DNA of 63,678 nt from a virus (taxonomy: Duplodnaviria > Caudoviricetes). This document shows, in pieces, positions 25,409-34,200 of the stretch. The position numbers were made by a program, and so were the translations under genes. The stretch is from positions 1-63,678 of the IMG/VR virus record IMGVR_UViG_3300017565_000005. One strand, written 5' to 3'. The notes beneath the pieces are model-generated. The model was not told the origin of the DNA, did not search any database, and saw only the letters and a list, made by a program, of their open reading frames with translations. Position 1 is the stretch's first letter. Each line of letters begins with the position of its first letter.

Positions 25409-25827
25409 GACTCCCCCTCGATGCGGCGACGGGCGGCAGGCAGGGGCATCCAGTGGGTGGCGTCAATCCCCCCCATCCAGTCGATCCAGCCTGCAAATTC
25501 ATCACGGTCATCCTGGCCTATCCAGCGGCCATCAGCGTCTCGATACTCCGTTGTTCCGCCCGGTTCGTAGATCCAGTGCCCAACAGTCACATGCTCGCCG
25601 TCTGTCAGCATGACGTCGGTACCGTCCTTCGGTGCCGTCTCAATGGGCTGCCAAGCATCCGCAGGCATGGCGGGCTGAACCGCCACTTGCCATAGTTGCC
25701 ATGCCCGCTCAACCGTCACTGTTCGGTACGCGCCGCCGGGATGGCGAGCTAGCCTCGTGAGTGGGTTAAGCGATAACATGTGCCGCTCGAACCTTACACG
25801 CTGGGGATCGTTATTGGTTGTCATCAC
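25405..25827 (-). CDS. DUF551-like protein
   Basis: WQPIETAPKDGT...ATHWMPLP. Confidence 0.8.
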   Translation of the reverse strand: MMTTNNDPQRVRFERHMLSLNPLTRLARHPGGAYRTVTVERAWQLWQVAVQPAMPADAWQPIETAPKDGTDVMLTDGEHVTVGHWIYEPGGTTEYRDADGRWIGQDDRDEFAGWIDWMGGIDATHWMPLPAARRRIEGES

Positions 25828-26048
25828 TTTTCCTCCGCAACTTTGCCCACGGCGCGCATTGCCCGAAGCACGCTGCGCAGCGCGTAAAGAGGGATGCTGA
25901 TCGTATTGCCGTTCTGTTCGAGGGCGATCGACCTGGATCCGCTGTAAGGTGAAACGGCGATGGCGTGGTCGAAGGCATAATCAGCGTCGTCGTCGAGTTC
26001 AGGCCAGACGACCATCATGCCGCCAGGGAGTTTGCTCGTGGATGTCAT
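25824..26048 (-). CDS. Hypothetical protein
   Basis: Coupled ORF in the operon. Confidence 0.6.
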   Translation of the reverse strand: MTSTSKLPGGMMVVWPELDDDADYAFDHAIAVSPYSGSRSIALEQNGNTISIPLYALRSVLRAMRAVGKVAEEK

Positions 26049-26380
26049 GATGGCTCCCCGAGGAAATCCGCAACCTGCGCATTGCGCGCACGGGCGAGGG
26101 CAGACTGGTGCCGGCTCTCTGCTTCCAGGCGCATTTCAGCCAGACGCAGGATGTCGGGCAGCAGGTCGAGCGTCGCCTGCTTGACGGCCGCAGTCGCATC
26201 GCCGCCTAAACGGCGTCCTGATCTCCATCCGCACGAAAACGGAAGTTCAACTTCGTCGATTTCGGGCAGATGCGAGCGGCGTACTTCCCCAATTTCTTCG
26301 GCTGTTAGCTTTGCCAGCGTCGAGGCCCGTCCAGCGATCTCTGCGTCTCGCTTAATCTGTGCCAGTTCGTCGTAAGTCAT
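26045..26380 (-). CDS. Hypothetical protein
   Basis: Coupled ORF with SD. Confidence 0.6.
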   Translation of the reverse strand: MTYDELAQIKRDAEIAGRASTLAKLTAEEIGEVRRSHLPEIDEVELPFSCGWRSGRRLGGDATAAVKQATLDLLPDILRLAEMRLEAESRHQSALARARNAQVADFLGEPS

Positions 26381-26613
26381 GATTGTTCCTCGTCTTCATC
26401 TTTGCGAAACCAGTCCCTGTCGAACACGGGGGCGTCGAGCCAATCGTTATCGATGGCGACGTTCAGCAAGATGAACGGCCATATGAACGGGGCGAATATG
26501 AATGCGATCAAACCGCCTACCGTCACGCGATCAAAATTAAGATCGCGGCGAAGCGCTACGCCGAGGACAGCCGCGCCGAGCAGCCACCACAGCGATATCC
26601 AAAGGGCGATCAT
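26377..26613 (-). CDS. Small two-TM membrane protein
   Basis: Two hydrophobic segments; GGAG SD. Confidence 0.65.
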   Translation of the reverse strand: MIALWISLWWLLGAAVLGVALRRDLNFDRVTVGGLIAFIFAPFIWPFILLNVAIDNDWLDAPVFDRDWFRKDEDEEQS

Positions 26614-26990
26614 TGCTTTTCTCCCTGTAGGGCGGCGCGAACATCGGAGGCGGCTTGGTCGTATGCGACCCGGCGACCCTCGTGGTAGACGTTGCCAGAC
26701 TCGCGGAACATCGCGCTGGCGTTGTTCCTCGACGCCTGAAAACCTTTTTCGAGACGCAGCAGAGCAGCGCTCAGCCGCGCTATTTCCGCGTCTTTTTCGA
26801 CTGTGGCTTCCGACAGGCGCAGCATGGTCATGCCGTCATGGCCTCCAGGCGCATGGCCCACGGCCGCGCGGATCAACGTGGCAATCTCTTTCCCGATACG
26901 CGGAGAAAACGTGTATTCGTCAGCAATTCGGATCGCGGTCTGAAGTTTTTCGCGCAGATCCCTGATAGTGATTTCCTGTTCGAGAGACAT
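26610..26990 (-). CDS. Hypothetical protein
   Basis: AAGGAAAGGA leader. Confidence 0.7.
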   Translation of the reverse strand: MSLEQEITIRDLREKLQTAIRIADEYTFSPRIGKEIATLIRAAVGHAPGGHDGMTMLRLSEATVEKDAEIARLSAALLRLEKGFQASRNNASAMFRESGNVYHEGRRVAYDQAASDVRAALQGEKQ

Positions 26991-27017
26991 TCCTTTCCTT
27001 TTGCGCCACGGGGCGCG

Positions 27018-27242
27018 TTAATCGGCATCGATGGGCTGCATCCTGCGCACGGCTGACCGCAACAGCTTCGCGCGGTATGCCGGCATCGGATATTTCCCGC
27101 TTTCCCACTGCTGCAAGCGACGTAGCGAAACCATCGCCAGTTCAGCGGCGCGCGTCTTGGTCAGCCCATACTTTGCCCGGATCAATTTCAATTCATCGGC
27201 CGTCATCGCGTGCGGCGACGCGACCTCACTGTTGTTGCTCAT
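27018..27242 (-). CDS. XRE-family HTH protein
   Basis: MTADELKLIRAKYGLTKTRAAELAMVSLRRLQQWESG; start codon uncertain. Confidence 0.78.
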   Translation of the reverse strand: MSNNSEVASPHAMTADELKLIRAKYGLTKTRAAELAMVSLRRLQQWESGKYPMPAYRAKLLRSAVRRMQPIDAD

Positions 27243-27296
27243 AATCATGTCGCCAAAAGCGCCCGGCACGAGGGCCGGGCAGGGTTATGACGCTTA

Positions 27297-28796
27297 TCAG
27301 TCTTCGTCGAGAACGAGACGGTTCACCGAGTTGTTCAGGTCGCTGATCGCTTCCATCGGTCCTTCGAGCGCGACGGCCACGATGTTGCTGATCACCGCGT
27401 CGAGCGTGATGGGCGGCGTTTTCGGCTGGCTTTGCTCGCGCAGCAGCTGCACCTGCGCCTGCATCGTGCGGGCCGCCTCGACGATCGCCGCCTCGGACAG
27501 CTTCGTCACCTTCTCGCCGGGGTCTTGATGGCGCAGCTGGGCAAGCTTCGCCCGCTTGATCACTTCGGCCACGACAGCGGGGATGTTGCCGTCCAGGACT
27601 TTGCCGGCTTCGGTCAGATCCGTGTCGCCGTCGATCGATTCACCGCCGTACAGGCGCAGCAGCTTTTCGATGGCCGGGCCATCGGGCGGCGTCACGTCGA
27701 TGATGGCGTCGAGCCGGCCGGGGCGCAGCATCGCCGGATTGATCGAGCGCAAATCGTTCGTCGTCAACACCACGATGATGTGGCTGTTCTTGGTGTCGAT
27801 CCCGTCGAGCAGGTTCAGGATGTCGTCCATCTGCACGGAGCGTTCGCCGGCGGTCACGCGATCGATGTCTTCGCAGAAAATCACGCAGGCCGGGCTCTGG
27901 TATTGCTTGGCGAACTCGATCGCGTCAGGCAGTTCGTCGGCGCGCGGGATGTAGACGTAGGTCACGCCGGCGTCCACGGCCAGACGCGCGGCCACGGTCG
28001 CGGCCATGGTCTTGCCGGTGCCGAACGGCCCGCCCAGCAGCACACCGCGCTTGACCGCGATGCCGTTGGCGATGCAGTCGTGAACGCGCTGGATTGGCGT
28101 GAACAGGTTCGTTTCCACCGCTGCCTGCACGTCCGCCGCATAGATCAGCGAATCCGGATCGGTGCTGCTGGTGTCCATGAACTTCGGCTCGGGCATTTTC
28201 AGCGGATTGCCGTCATCGTCGCGGAAGCGCATCTTGATCGCCTTGCCCTGGTAGATGGACCCGGTTTTCAGGTAGTTGCGCACTTCCTCGAACAGGCTGC
28301 GCACGGTTTCCTCGTCGAGCCGCTTGATGGTGGCGCGCAGCGAGAACGTCAGGCGCGCGCCCTTGCGGCTCACGCCGGTCTCGACGAACCCTTCGATATT
28401 GGGCAGCGAGAACCGGCCCCAGGGCACGCGCGCGAAGACGCCGGGCGCGGTTTCCACGTTGATCAGCTTGGGCGGGCTGTCGCCAAAGAATCCAGGCGTG
28501 CTGGTGGCCGGTGCCCAGCCGAATTTTGCAATCAGCACTTCGGCCAGGGCATGCGCGCCATCCCACGGCATGACATCGTAGCTTTCCGAGAATTCCGTGA
28601 CCTCATCCTCGTATTCCTTGCGTCGATTGATCAATTCGATCGCGTCGTCGTAGCCCATGCCCACAGGCAGGGTCAGCTTTTCGCCGTGGCGTACGATGTC
28701 GGTGACATTCACGCGCTTGGGAGTGTCGCTCAGGGTCTTGAGCGCTGCTTCCACCACTTTTTTAGAGAATATCGGGTTTTCTTTTTGGTTTGCCAT
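27297..28796 (-). CDS. AAA+ ATPase (classic clade with SRH)
   Basis: GGPFGTGKT, IFCEDID, TTN...PAMLRPGRLD. Confidence 0.9.
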   Translation of the reverse strand: MANQKENPIFSKKVVEAALKTLSDTPKRVNVTDIVRHGEKLTLPVGMGYDDAIELINRRKEYEDEVTEFSESYDVMPWDGAHALAEVLIAKFGWAPATSTPGFFGDSPPKLINVETAPGVFARVPWGRFSLPNIEGFVETGVSRKGARLTFSLRATIKRLDEETVRSLFEEVRNYLKTGSIYQGKAIKMRFRDDDGNPLKMPEPKFMDTSSTDPDSLIYAADVQAAVETNLFTPIQRVHDCIANGIAVKRGVLLGGPFGTGKTMAATVAARLAVDAGVTYVYIPRADELPDAIEFAKQYQSPACVIFCEDIDRVTAGERSVQMDDILNLLDGIDTKNSHIIVVLTTNDLRSINPAMLRPGRLDAIIDVTPPDGPAIEKLLRLYGGESIDGDTDLTEAGKVLDGNIPAVVAEVIKRAKLAQLRHQDPGEKVTKLSEAAIVEAARTMQAQVQLLREQSQPKTPPITLDAVISNIVAVALEGPMEAISDLNNSVNRLVLDED

Positions 28797-28878
28797 TACA
28801 TTTCCTTGAAAATTGGTATGTGAAATTGCCCGCTGGGCGCGGCGGGCGGCACGTGAAGCGAAATAAGATCGAAAAAAA

Positions 28879-29313
28879 CTACTGAACCGAGACGGTTTCG
28901 CCGTCTGGCAGCGTGACCGGATCGTAGATCGACCCGACCTTGATGAATCGCCGGGCGTCGTACAGGTATTCGCAGACATCGCCGTCCGAATCCACGAAGG
29001 CGATAGCGATGCTCAACGGCTCGGCAATCTTCATCGTTGCGGCTTCACCGAACCGTATCGGCTCGTCCAGCACCTGCGTGACAATGCACTTGTCGCCTTC
29101 CTTCGGCCACTTGTGCAGGTTGAAGGCCCACGGGCGCAGCGTCACGATGTCGCCAACTTCGAATTTCGGCTGGACGCGCCCTTCGAGCAGGCCCTGGATA
29201 TTGGCAAGGTTCGCCGCCTTGAAGCGGGGCTCTTTGTCGCCGGTAAGATGACCTATAAGCGCTTCGCGCAGGCCCGGCGGCAGATCGTCGCCGCTGATTT
29301 CCTTTATCGTCAT
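28879..29313 (-). CDS. Hypothetical protein
   Basis: GGAGGA SD; FEVGDIVTL motif. Confidence 0.7.
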   Translation of the reverse strand: MTIKEISGDDLPPGLREALIGHLTGDKEPRFKAANLANIQGLLEGRVQPKFEVGDIVTLRPWAFNLHKWPKEGDKCIVTQVLDEPIRFGEAATMKIAEPLSIAIAFVDSDGDVCEYLYDARRFIKVGSIYDPVTLPDGETVSVQ

Positions 29314-29387
29314 ATATCCTCCCTGGATATGTTGCTCAGGCAAAATCGCCTGCCGTTGCCCCGCACGCGAGGCAAGAGCCGGGGATT

Positions 29388-29693
29388 TCATGCAAAGTCG
29401 GTGTCTGGCACGATCACCACGTTGCCACGGATCGGCCACGTCGTTCCGGGCACGCAAATCTCATGGTAGAGATCCGAGGCGATGTAGTTCACGTCAGGCT
29501 GCTGATACGCGCCCATGTCGTCCACGATCATGACCAGCCCATGCCGGCGCAGGTTCACGACATCGATGCAGTCGCAGCCGTTGCCGATATGATCGTAGAG
29601 TTGCGCGAGCGTTTGCTTGCCGCCCAGCTGCTCGACGGTGCCATCGGTGCGCACGACGACGCGCATGCCTTGGGTCAGGTCATCGAGCTTCAT
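29388..29693 (-). CDS. DUF3846-like protein
   Basis: TLAQLYDHIG...MIVDDMG...VNYIAS...IRGNVVIV. Confidence 0.7.
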   Translation of the reverse strand: MKLDDLTQGMRVVVRTDGTVEQLGGKQTLAQLYDHIGNGCDCIDVVNLRRHGLVMIVDDMGAYQQPDVNYIASDLYHEICVPGTTWPIRGNVVIVPDTDFA

Positions 29694-30028
29694 AGTATGT
29701 TCCCGTCGTAGTCGGGCGCGGCCGGCTTATGCTCGATGGCGAGCAGGTTATTGCGCTGGACCTGAATATGCTGGAGCGCTTGCTTGTACTGGATCGTCAG
29801 TTCCTTTTCCTGATCGTCCAGATGGTTCAGTTGCGGCTTGATGATGTCGAAGCCGGCCGGGATGCTGAACGGCAGCGTTACCTCGCGCACAAGCACGTAG
29901 TGAGAGTATTCGGTCTTGTAGACGCCAGAGCGAAAGTCGGCAGCTTGCAGATAGTCCTTCAGTCCGAATTTCTTTAACGGCACATCGAAGACGAGGCATG
30001 CCTTGATGGTAATTTCCTTGGTTTCCAT
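29690..30028 (-). CDS. Hypothetical protein
   Basis: AAGGAAAGGA leader; ends NLLAIEHKP. Confidence 0.7.
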   Translation of the reverse strand: METKEITIKACLVFDVPLKKFGLKDYLQAADFRSGVYKTEYSHYVLVREVTLPFSIPAGFDIIKPQLNHLDDQEKELTIQYKQALQHIQVQRNNLLAIEHKPAAPDYDGNIL

Positions 30029-30082
30029 TCCTTTCCTTTGTGCGCCGTGGCGCCTGGTTCCCTCAAACGGTACGTAAATTTT

Positions 30083-30101
30083 ACGCGAAATTATTTCGCG
30101 T
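30083..30101. promoter_or_regulatory. Second-class palindromic operator
   Basis: ACGCGAAATTATTTCGCGT; near copy at 33738-33754. Confidence 0.6.
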
Positions 30102-30176
30102 CGAGCAGCATTGCGTGATGATATTTTGCTATCGCCAGGGCAGGGCCGATCATCCGGCGCTATCGGCCCGTCCTGT

Positions 30177-30467
30177 TCAGTGTGTCGTGTGCGGGATTCC
30201 CTCCGTCTTGATGAGCCGCATGAATTCGCTGGCGGCGGATCGCACTTCGTCGTGATCCAGGTCTGTCTCCATAAGTCCGAACATCATGGCGTGCGCGATC
30301 AGATGCGCGAAATCGTCGATGACGGCTGCTTTTTTGTCCTCCGGCAGGTCGAGTTGCACCAGATGCTGCCCGAACTGCACGCTATGCGCCGCAAACTTCA
30401 CGGCTCCGGCGAACTTCTCGCCTTTCTGCTCCGAAACGCCCTCGATAAACTGTTGTGATCCGTTCAT
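30177..30467 (-). CDS. Hypothetical protein
   Basis: AAGGAAAGGA leader. Confidence 0.7.
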   Translation of the reverse strand: MNGSQQFIEGVSEQKGEKFAGAVKFAAHSVQFGQHLVQLDLPEDKKAAVIDDFAHLIAHAMMFGLMETDLDHDEVRSAASEFMRLIKTEGIPHTTH

Positions 30468-30542
30468 TTCCTTTCCTTGTTTGACCCAGGCAACAGCGCC
30501 TGCCGAAGCGCCCGCGCGAAGCAGACGCTTGAGCCGGGGCTG

Positions 30543-30890
30543 TTACTGCACGCTAGGCCGGGGACGCTCGCGCGCTGTCTTGATGACGGAATCGGCCTGC
30601 CTGATCGACATCGCTTGAGCCGCCGCGACGACAACTACCTTTTCGATTTCTTCCCTGATTTCGTCTCGACGGTCCTGCATATCGGCCAGATAGACTATTG
30701 TCTCCATGGACGTTTCGACAGCAGCGTCCGCTGACATCAAGACGATTTCGGGCAGGTCGAACTTTTTGTTTTTCAGAAACGCGGCGAGATAGATGAGCTT
30801 CGATCCGGCCAGAACGATAGCGGCGAACTTGTGACCTTTTTCCTTCTCCAGTTTATGGATATATCCCATGACGTTTTCGGTAAAATCCAT
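30543..30890 (-). CDS. Hypothetical protein
   Basis: AAGGAAAGGA leader. Confidence 0.7.
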   Translation of the reverse strand: MDFTENVMGYIHKLEKEKGHKFAAIVLAGSKLIYLAAFLKNKKFDLPEIVLMSADAAVETSMETIVYLADMQDRRDEIREEIEKVVVVAAAQAMSIRQADSVIKTARERPRPSVQ

Positions 30891-30942
30891 GTCCTTTCCT
30901 TATGCCCCTCGGGGCGAAGTGATGCGGTTATGAAAGCGCTGC

Positions 30943-31221
30943 CTACTCGGCGCGCCACAGGCGAAAGCCGTCGCCCTCACGCTTGCTGACGAATATTCGC
31001 CCATCGCGGCCGTGCTTCTTGCGGATGTACGAGAGTATCGACGACCTGTACCTCGCGCGGTCATCGCCGTCGCATCCAGCGTAGAACGGCACGAAAAAGC
31101 TTTCGCCTGGTTTCAGCAGGCCGGCCGCCTCGATAAACGCGCGACGGTCTTCCGGATTCCCGCGCTTTACCGGCAGCGGGATGCCCGCGTCGATCGTGAC
31201 GCGGATGTTTTTCTTGCTCAT
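30943..31221 (-). CDS. Small putative DNA-binding protein
   Basis: IDAGIPLP...LKPGESFFVP...GFRLWRAE; start codon uncertain. Confidence 0.65.
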   Translation of the reverse strand: MSKKNIRVTIDAGIPLPVKRGNPEDRRAFIEAAGLLKPGESFFVPFYAGCDGDDRARYRSSILSYIRKKHGRDGRIFVSKREGDGFRLWRAE

Positions 31222-31245
31222 GATAATCACCTTAAAAAAATGCTG

Positions 31246-31341
31246 TTACCAGGGCGTTCCGGTGCCAACCAGCAGCATGCAGAACACTCCGACAGCGGCC
31301 AGGATCAACTCCACGGCCTTTTCAACATCGAAATTGTCCAT
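31246..31341 (-). CDS. 31-aa hydrophobic peptide
   Basis: MDNFDVEKAVELILAAVGVFCMLLVGTGTPW with a GAGG SD; fills the operon gap. Confidence 0.45.
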   Translation of the reverse strand: MDNFDVEKAVELILAAVGVFCMLLVGTGTPW

Positions 31342-31349
31342 GACTCGCC

Positions 31350-31634
31350 TCAGTGAACTTTCGACTCGGCCTCGGCGTGCAGGACATCGAGATACTCGTC
31401 GGCGGACTTCTGGATCTTCATGCCCGGCAGGTTCCCCGCTTGGATAATCGTGGCCAGCCCCATGGCAAGCGTCGACGCAGTGTTCTCGACAAGCTGATCG
31501 AGGATCGTCCCTTCGAGTCCGACTTTTGTAAGAAGCCTCATCAACTCGGCCCCGGCCGCCGCATAAGAAACAGCCATGGCATAGGGGTCGCCGTGTTCTT
31601 TGCGCAGCTGATCAATATATGTATTCGAATCCAT
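31350..31634 (-). CDS. Hypothetical protein
   Basis: AAGGAAAGGA leader. Confidence 0.7.
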   Translation of the reverse strand: MDSNTYIDQLRKEHGDPYAMAVSYAAAGAELMRLLTKVGLEGTILDQLVENTASTLAMGLATIIQAGNLPGMKIQKSADEYLDVLHAEAESKVH

Positions 31635-31667
31635 TCCTTTCCTTTTCGCCCTAGCGGGCATGAATGA

Positions 31668-32018
31668 TTACGCCTTGCGCAGCACTTCCAGCCGTCCCTG
31701 GTGCTGCGTGGTCATGTAGTTGCCCTTGCCGAATCGTTTGAGGCAGAAAGCACCGGTATTCATTTGAAGCCGGCGCATCGTGTCGTTTTCGGCCGGATCC
31801 AGCTTGACGACTTCACCGACCTTCATGGGTTGCAGCTTTTCGACGAAAATGGCGTGATAACTCGGCGCGTTGGGGTCTACGGATCGGGTCTTGCGCTTCT
31901 TCTCAGGCTCGATCGGCTCGCCGTGTACGGTGCCATCCGCCTCGATGACGTGATAACGCGCGCCGGCGGACTTGAGCAGCACGATCGCCTCGTGCATGGC
32001 TTTTTTGATGATATCCAT
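31668..32018 (-). CDS. Hypothetical protein (putative DNA-binding)
   Basis: AAGGAAAAGG leader; MKVGEVV...GKGNYMT...LEVLR. Confidence 0.7.
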   Translation of the reverse strand: MDIIKKAMHEAIVLLKSAGARYHVIEADGTVHGEPIEPEKKRKTRSVDPNAPSYHAIFVEKLQPMKVGEVVKLDPAENDTMRRLQMNTGAFCLKRFGKGNYMTTQHQGRLEVLRKA

Positions 32019-32108
32019 CCTTTTCCTTTGCGCCCCGCAGGGCATGGTTGACGAAATCAGCGGATAGTCGCTGCCGAAACGCCCGCATCGCAGGCGCTTG
32101 AGCCGGGA

Positions 32109-32558
32109 CTATGCAGCGTTGCCTAAGTGTGCGCGCCGCGCCGCGCTTTCATCAAACGACGAGAATTCCTCGAATGACCATTCGGCGGTCGGCAAGGCAT
32201 CTGCACACTCGCGGGGGGGCAGGTATTTGCCCGGCTCACCAAAGCGGCGAACCTTCCAGTCTTCCAGATCGACCAGCAGGACGGCCCGCTCGTTGTCGGA
32301 TGTTTCGCCTACCAGCAGCCCGTAGCCTGTTGACTTTTTCCAGTCATCGCCAACCATGCCGCTGACGATGATGCGCGCTGCATAGCTGTCGTCGTTCCAG
32401 CGCGGGCTGGCCGAGTGCAAGGCGCGAGCCAGATCCGGCCCGAGGTCATAGCCGCCCCAATGTGTATAAAGAACCACCGAGCCCGGCAGCGCATCGCCAA
32501 GCTTTTCGGCATCAGCGGTAGACTTGTATGAAATCACGAGATTTGCACGATCACCCAT
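32109..32558 (-). CDS. Conserved phage hypothetical protein
   Basis: MGDRANL...LYTHWGG...RWNDDSYAARII. Confidence 0.75.
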   Translation of the reverse strand: MGDRANLVISYKSTADAEKLGDALPGSVVLYTHWGGYDLGPDLARALHSASPRWNDDSYAARIIVSGMVGDDWKKSTGYGLLVGETSDNERAVLLVDLEDWKVRRFGEPGKYLPPRECADALPTAEWSFEEFSSFDESAARRAHLGNAA

Positions 32559-32626
32559 TTCCTTTCCTTGAGAACCAGGGAACAGCCCCTGCCGATACCC
32601 CGCACGCGGGGCATGAGTAGTGGTTG

Positions 32627-32833
32627 TCATTCCCAAACGAAGACGATGCCGCTTTCTTGCTCGTCGCCTGTGGGCCGGCGCTGATCTAGAAGCCATTCGC
32701 TGATGTATGCGTCGGCCTGTTTCGGTGATATGCGCAGCGCATTCCCGCGAGCCGCCGTCCAGGCGTCTCGGTAATCTCGATCTGCGAAGGTGAAAATCTT
32801 ATCTTGATGTTTGGCATGGGAAATCACTTTCAC
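32627..32833 (-). CDS. Hypothetical protein
   Basis: GGAGGA SD before a GTG start. Confidence 0.55.
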   Translation of the reverse strand: MKVISHAKHQDKIFTFADRDYRDAWTAARGNALRISPKQADAYISEWLLDQRRPTGDEQESGIVFVWE

Positions 32834-32871
32834 TTCCTCCAGTACAGCCCCGGCGAACCGGGGCGGGGTTA

Positions 32872-33066
32872 TCAGATCACGCGCACGCCGTCGGGCTGCA
32901 CGATGTTGCGCGCAATGTTTCGGTAATCATCCAATGTCAGCAGGTCGCCAGCCTCGGGGTAGGCAAGTCGGCGAGCCAGCGCCATCAGTTCGGTGTATGC
33001 GGGCAGGCTCGCATTGGTGGCGTGCGCGTCCGCGTTAGCAATGGCTTCTATCTTGGCTTCTTTCAT
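32872..33066 (-). CDS. Hypothetical protein
   Basis: MKEAKIEAIANADAH...LPAYTEL; GAGG SD. Confidence 0.6.
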   Translation of the reverse strand: MKEAKIEAIANADAHATNASLPAYTELMALARRLAYPEAGDLLTLDDYRNIARNIVQPDGVRVI

Positions 33067-33074
33067 AACGGCCT

Positions 33075-33218
33075 CTATCGCTGACCGCGAAAAACATCGG
33101 CATCGGCGGCCGACTCGAAAGCCACGTATCCACCATCGACCCTGATGATGTCGCACGCCCAGGGCGCGGCCTTCACAGCCTGCCGGCGGGTTCTCACGTC
33201 GAAGAATTCCTTGCGCAT
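33075..33218 (-). CDS. Small conserved phage protein
   Basis: TRRQAVKAAPWA...RVDGGYVAFES. Confidence 0.6.
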   Translation of the reverse strand: MRKEFFDVRTRRQAVKAAPWACDIIRVDGGYVAFESAADADVFRGQR

Positions 33219-33228
33219 ATCGTTCCCC

Positions 33229-33672
33229 TCACAGATCCCGCAGTTCATCGGTAACAACGCAGCTGGCCAGCACTTTCGCTTTCAGCGTGGGATCCGTGAC
33301 CGCTTCGCCATCGCTGCCGACGACGCCCACTACAACGATGGGGCCGCTTTCGCGGATGCCGAAGTCCCCGTCATCAGCGTGGAACCAATACGTTGTCGAT
33401 TCCTCGTCCCAATTCTGATCTTTCCTGAAGAAAGCGGGAGGCTCGTCGATCATGTAGGAATCCAGCGTGAACAACTTCGGATGCCCACTGACGCTGAATG
33501 ACCGGGAGATTTCAAATTGTGCCGGCGCGCCGTCCAGCAACGCCTGCTCGACATCCTGCGCCCAGGCGCTTGTCGTTTCCGCCGGGATGTTGGCTTCGCC
33601 CAGGAACGTCTTGTGATGCGTGCGCAGACAATCGTTTATGTAATCGAGACCGTATTTATTGACCGTTTTCAT
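33229..33672 (-). CDS. Hypothetical protein, first gene of the leftward early operon
   Basis: GGAG SD; follows the AT-rich promoter region. Confidence 0.65.
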   Translation of the reverse strand: MKTVNKYGLDYINDCLRTHHKTFLGEANIPAETTSAWAQDVEQALLDGAPAQFEISRSFSVSGHPKLFTLDSYMIDEPPAFFRKDQNWDEESTTYWFHADDGDFGIRESGPIVVVGVVGSDGEAVTDPTLKAKVLASCVVTDELRDL

Positions 33673-33689
33673 ATCCACTCCAGAACACA

Positions 33690-33800
33690 AAAAATAAGAA
33701 TAAATTCATTTGCCACGTAATAATTTTACTACAAGTGGCGAAATAATTTCGCGTCAATTCTATTGTATTTTTTAATCACCACGACATCGCAATAGCCAAA
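33690..33800 (-). promoter_or_regulatory. AT-rich early promoter region with palindrome GCGAAATAATTTCGC (33738-33752)
   Basis: TTGACG and TAAAAT elements on the - strand. Confidence 0.55.
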
Positions 33801-34200
33801 AACTAAAACGCGACGCCCAGGGCCGCCCAGGCATCGCGTCGTAATCGATATCCAATACTCACTTATCGCACAGCGATAATCACAACTGACAGCCGGCCCG
33901 CCACGGTGGCGAACGCCTCGTACAATTTCCCCGGCAGCTTCAGGCCAGCGGCGCGCGCGCACGCCAGCAGATCTTCAAGGAAATCCGTCAAGCTCCCACC
34001 AAGACGCACGCCCGCCGCGTCACGCACTCGCACAAGAGACATCCGCTCGATTCGATACACGCCGTTGCCGCAATCGCAGACCTCGACCCGCACTGCCCGA
34101 TAGTCGCTGGCTATCAATTCGTTCTCCGTGGTTGCAAAAATACATCGGAAGTGAGAAAATCGCACCATCTTCGCCGATTTTCTCACGACCATAGAACAGA

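Larger units (their letters stand above)
29337..32623 (-). repeat. Four dispersed copies of a two-hairpin intergenic element (29337-29384, 30487-30539, 32058-32107, 32576-32623)
   Basis: + strand pattern CAG-hairpin-CTGCCG-hairpin-GAG(CCGGG); each begins 1-3 nt after an upstream stop codon. Confidence 0.8.

Noticed and set aside
33863-34192. Minus-strand 109-aa ORF upstream of terS
   Set aside because: No clear SD or motif and it overlaps an operator; it may be real from a later start but is unsupported
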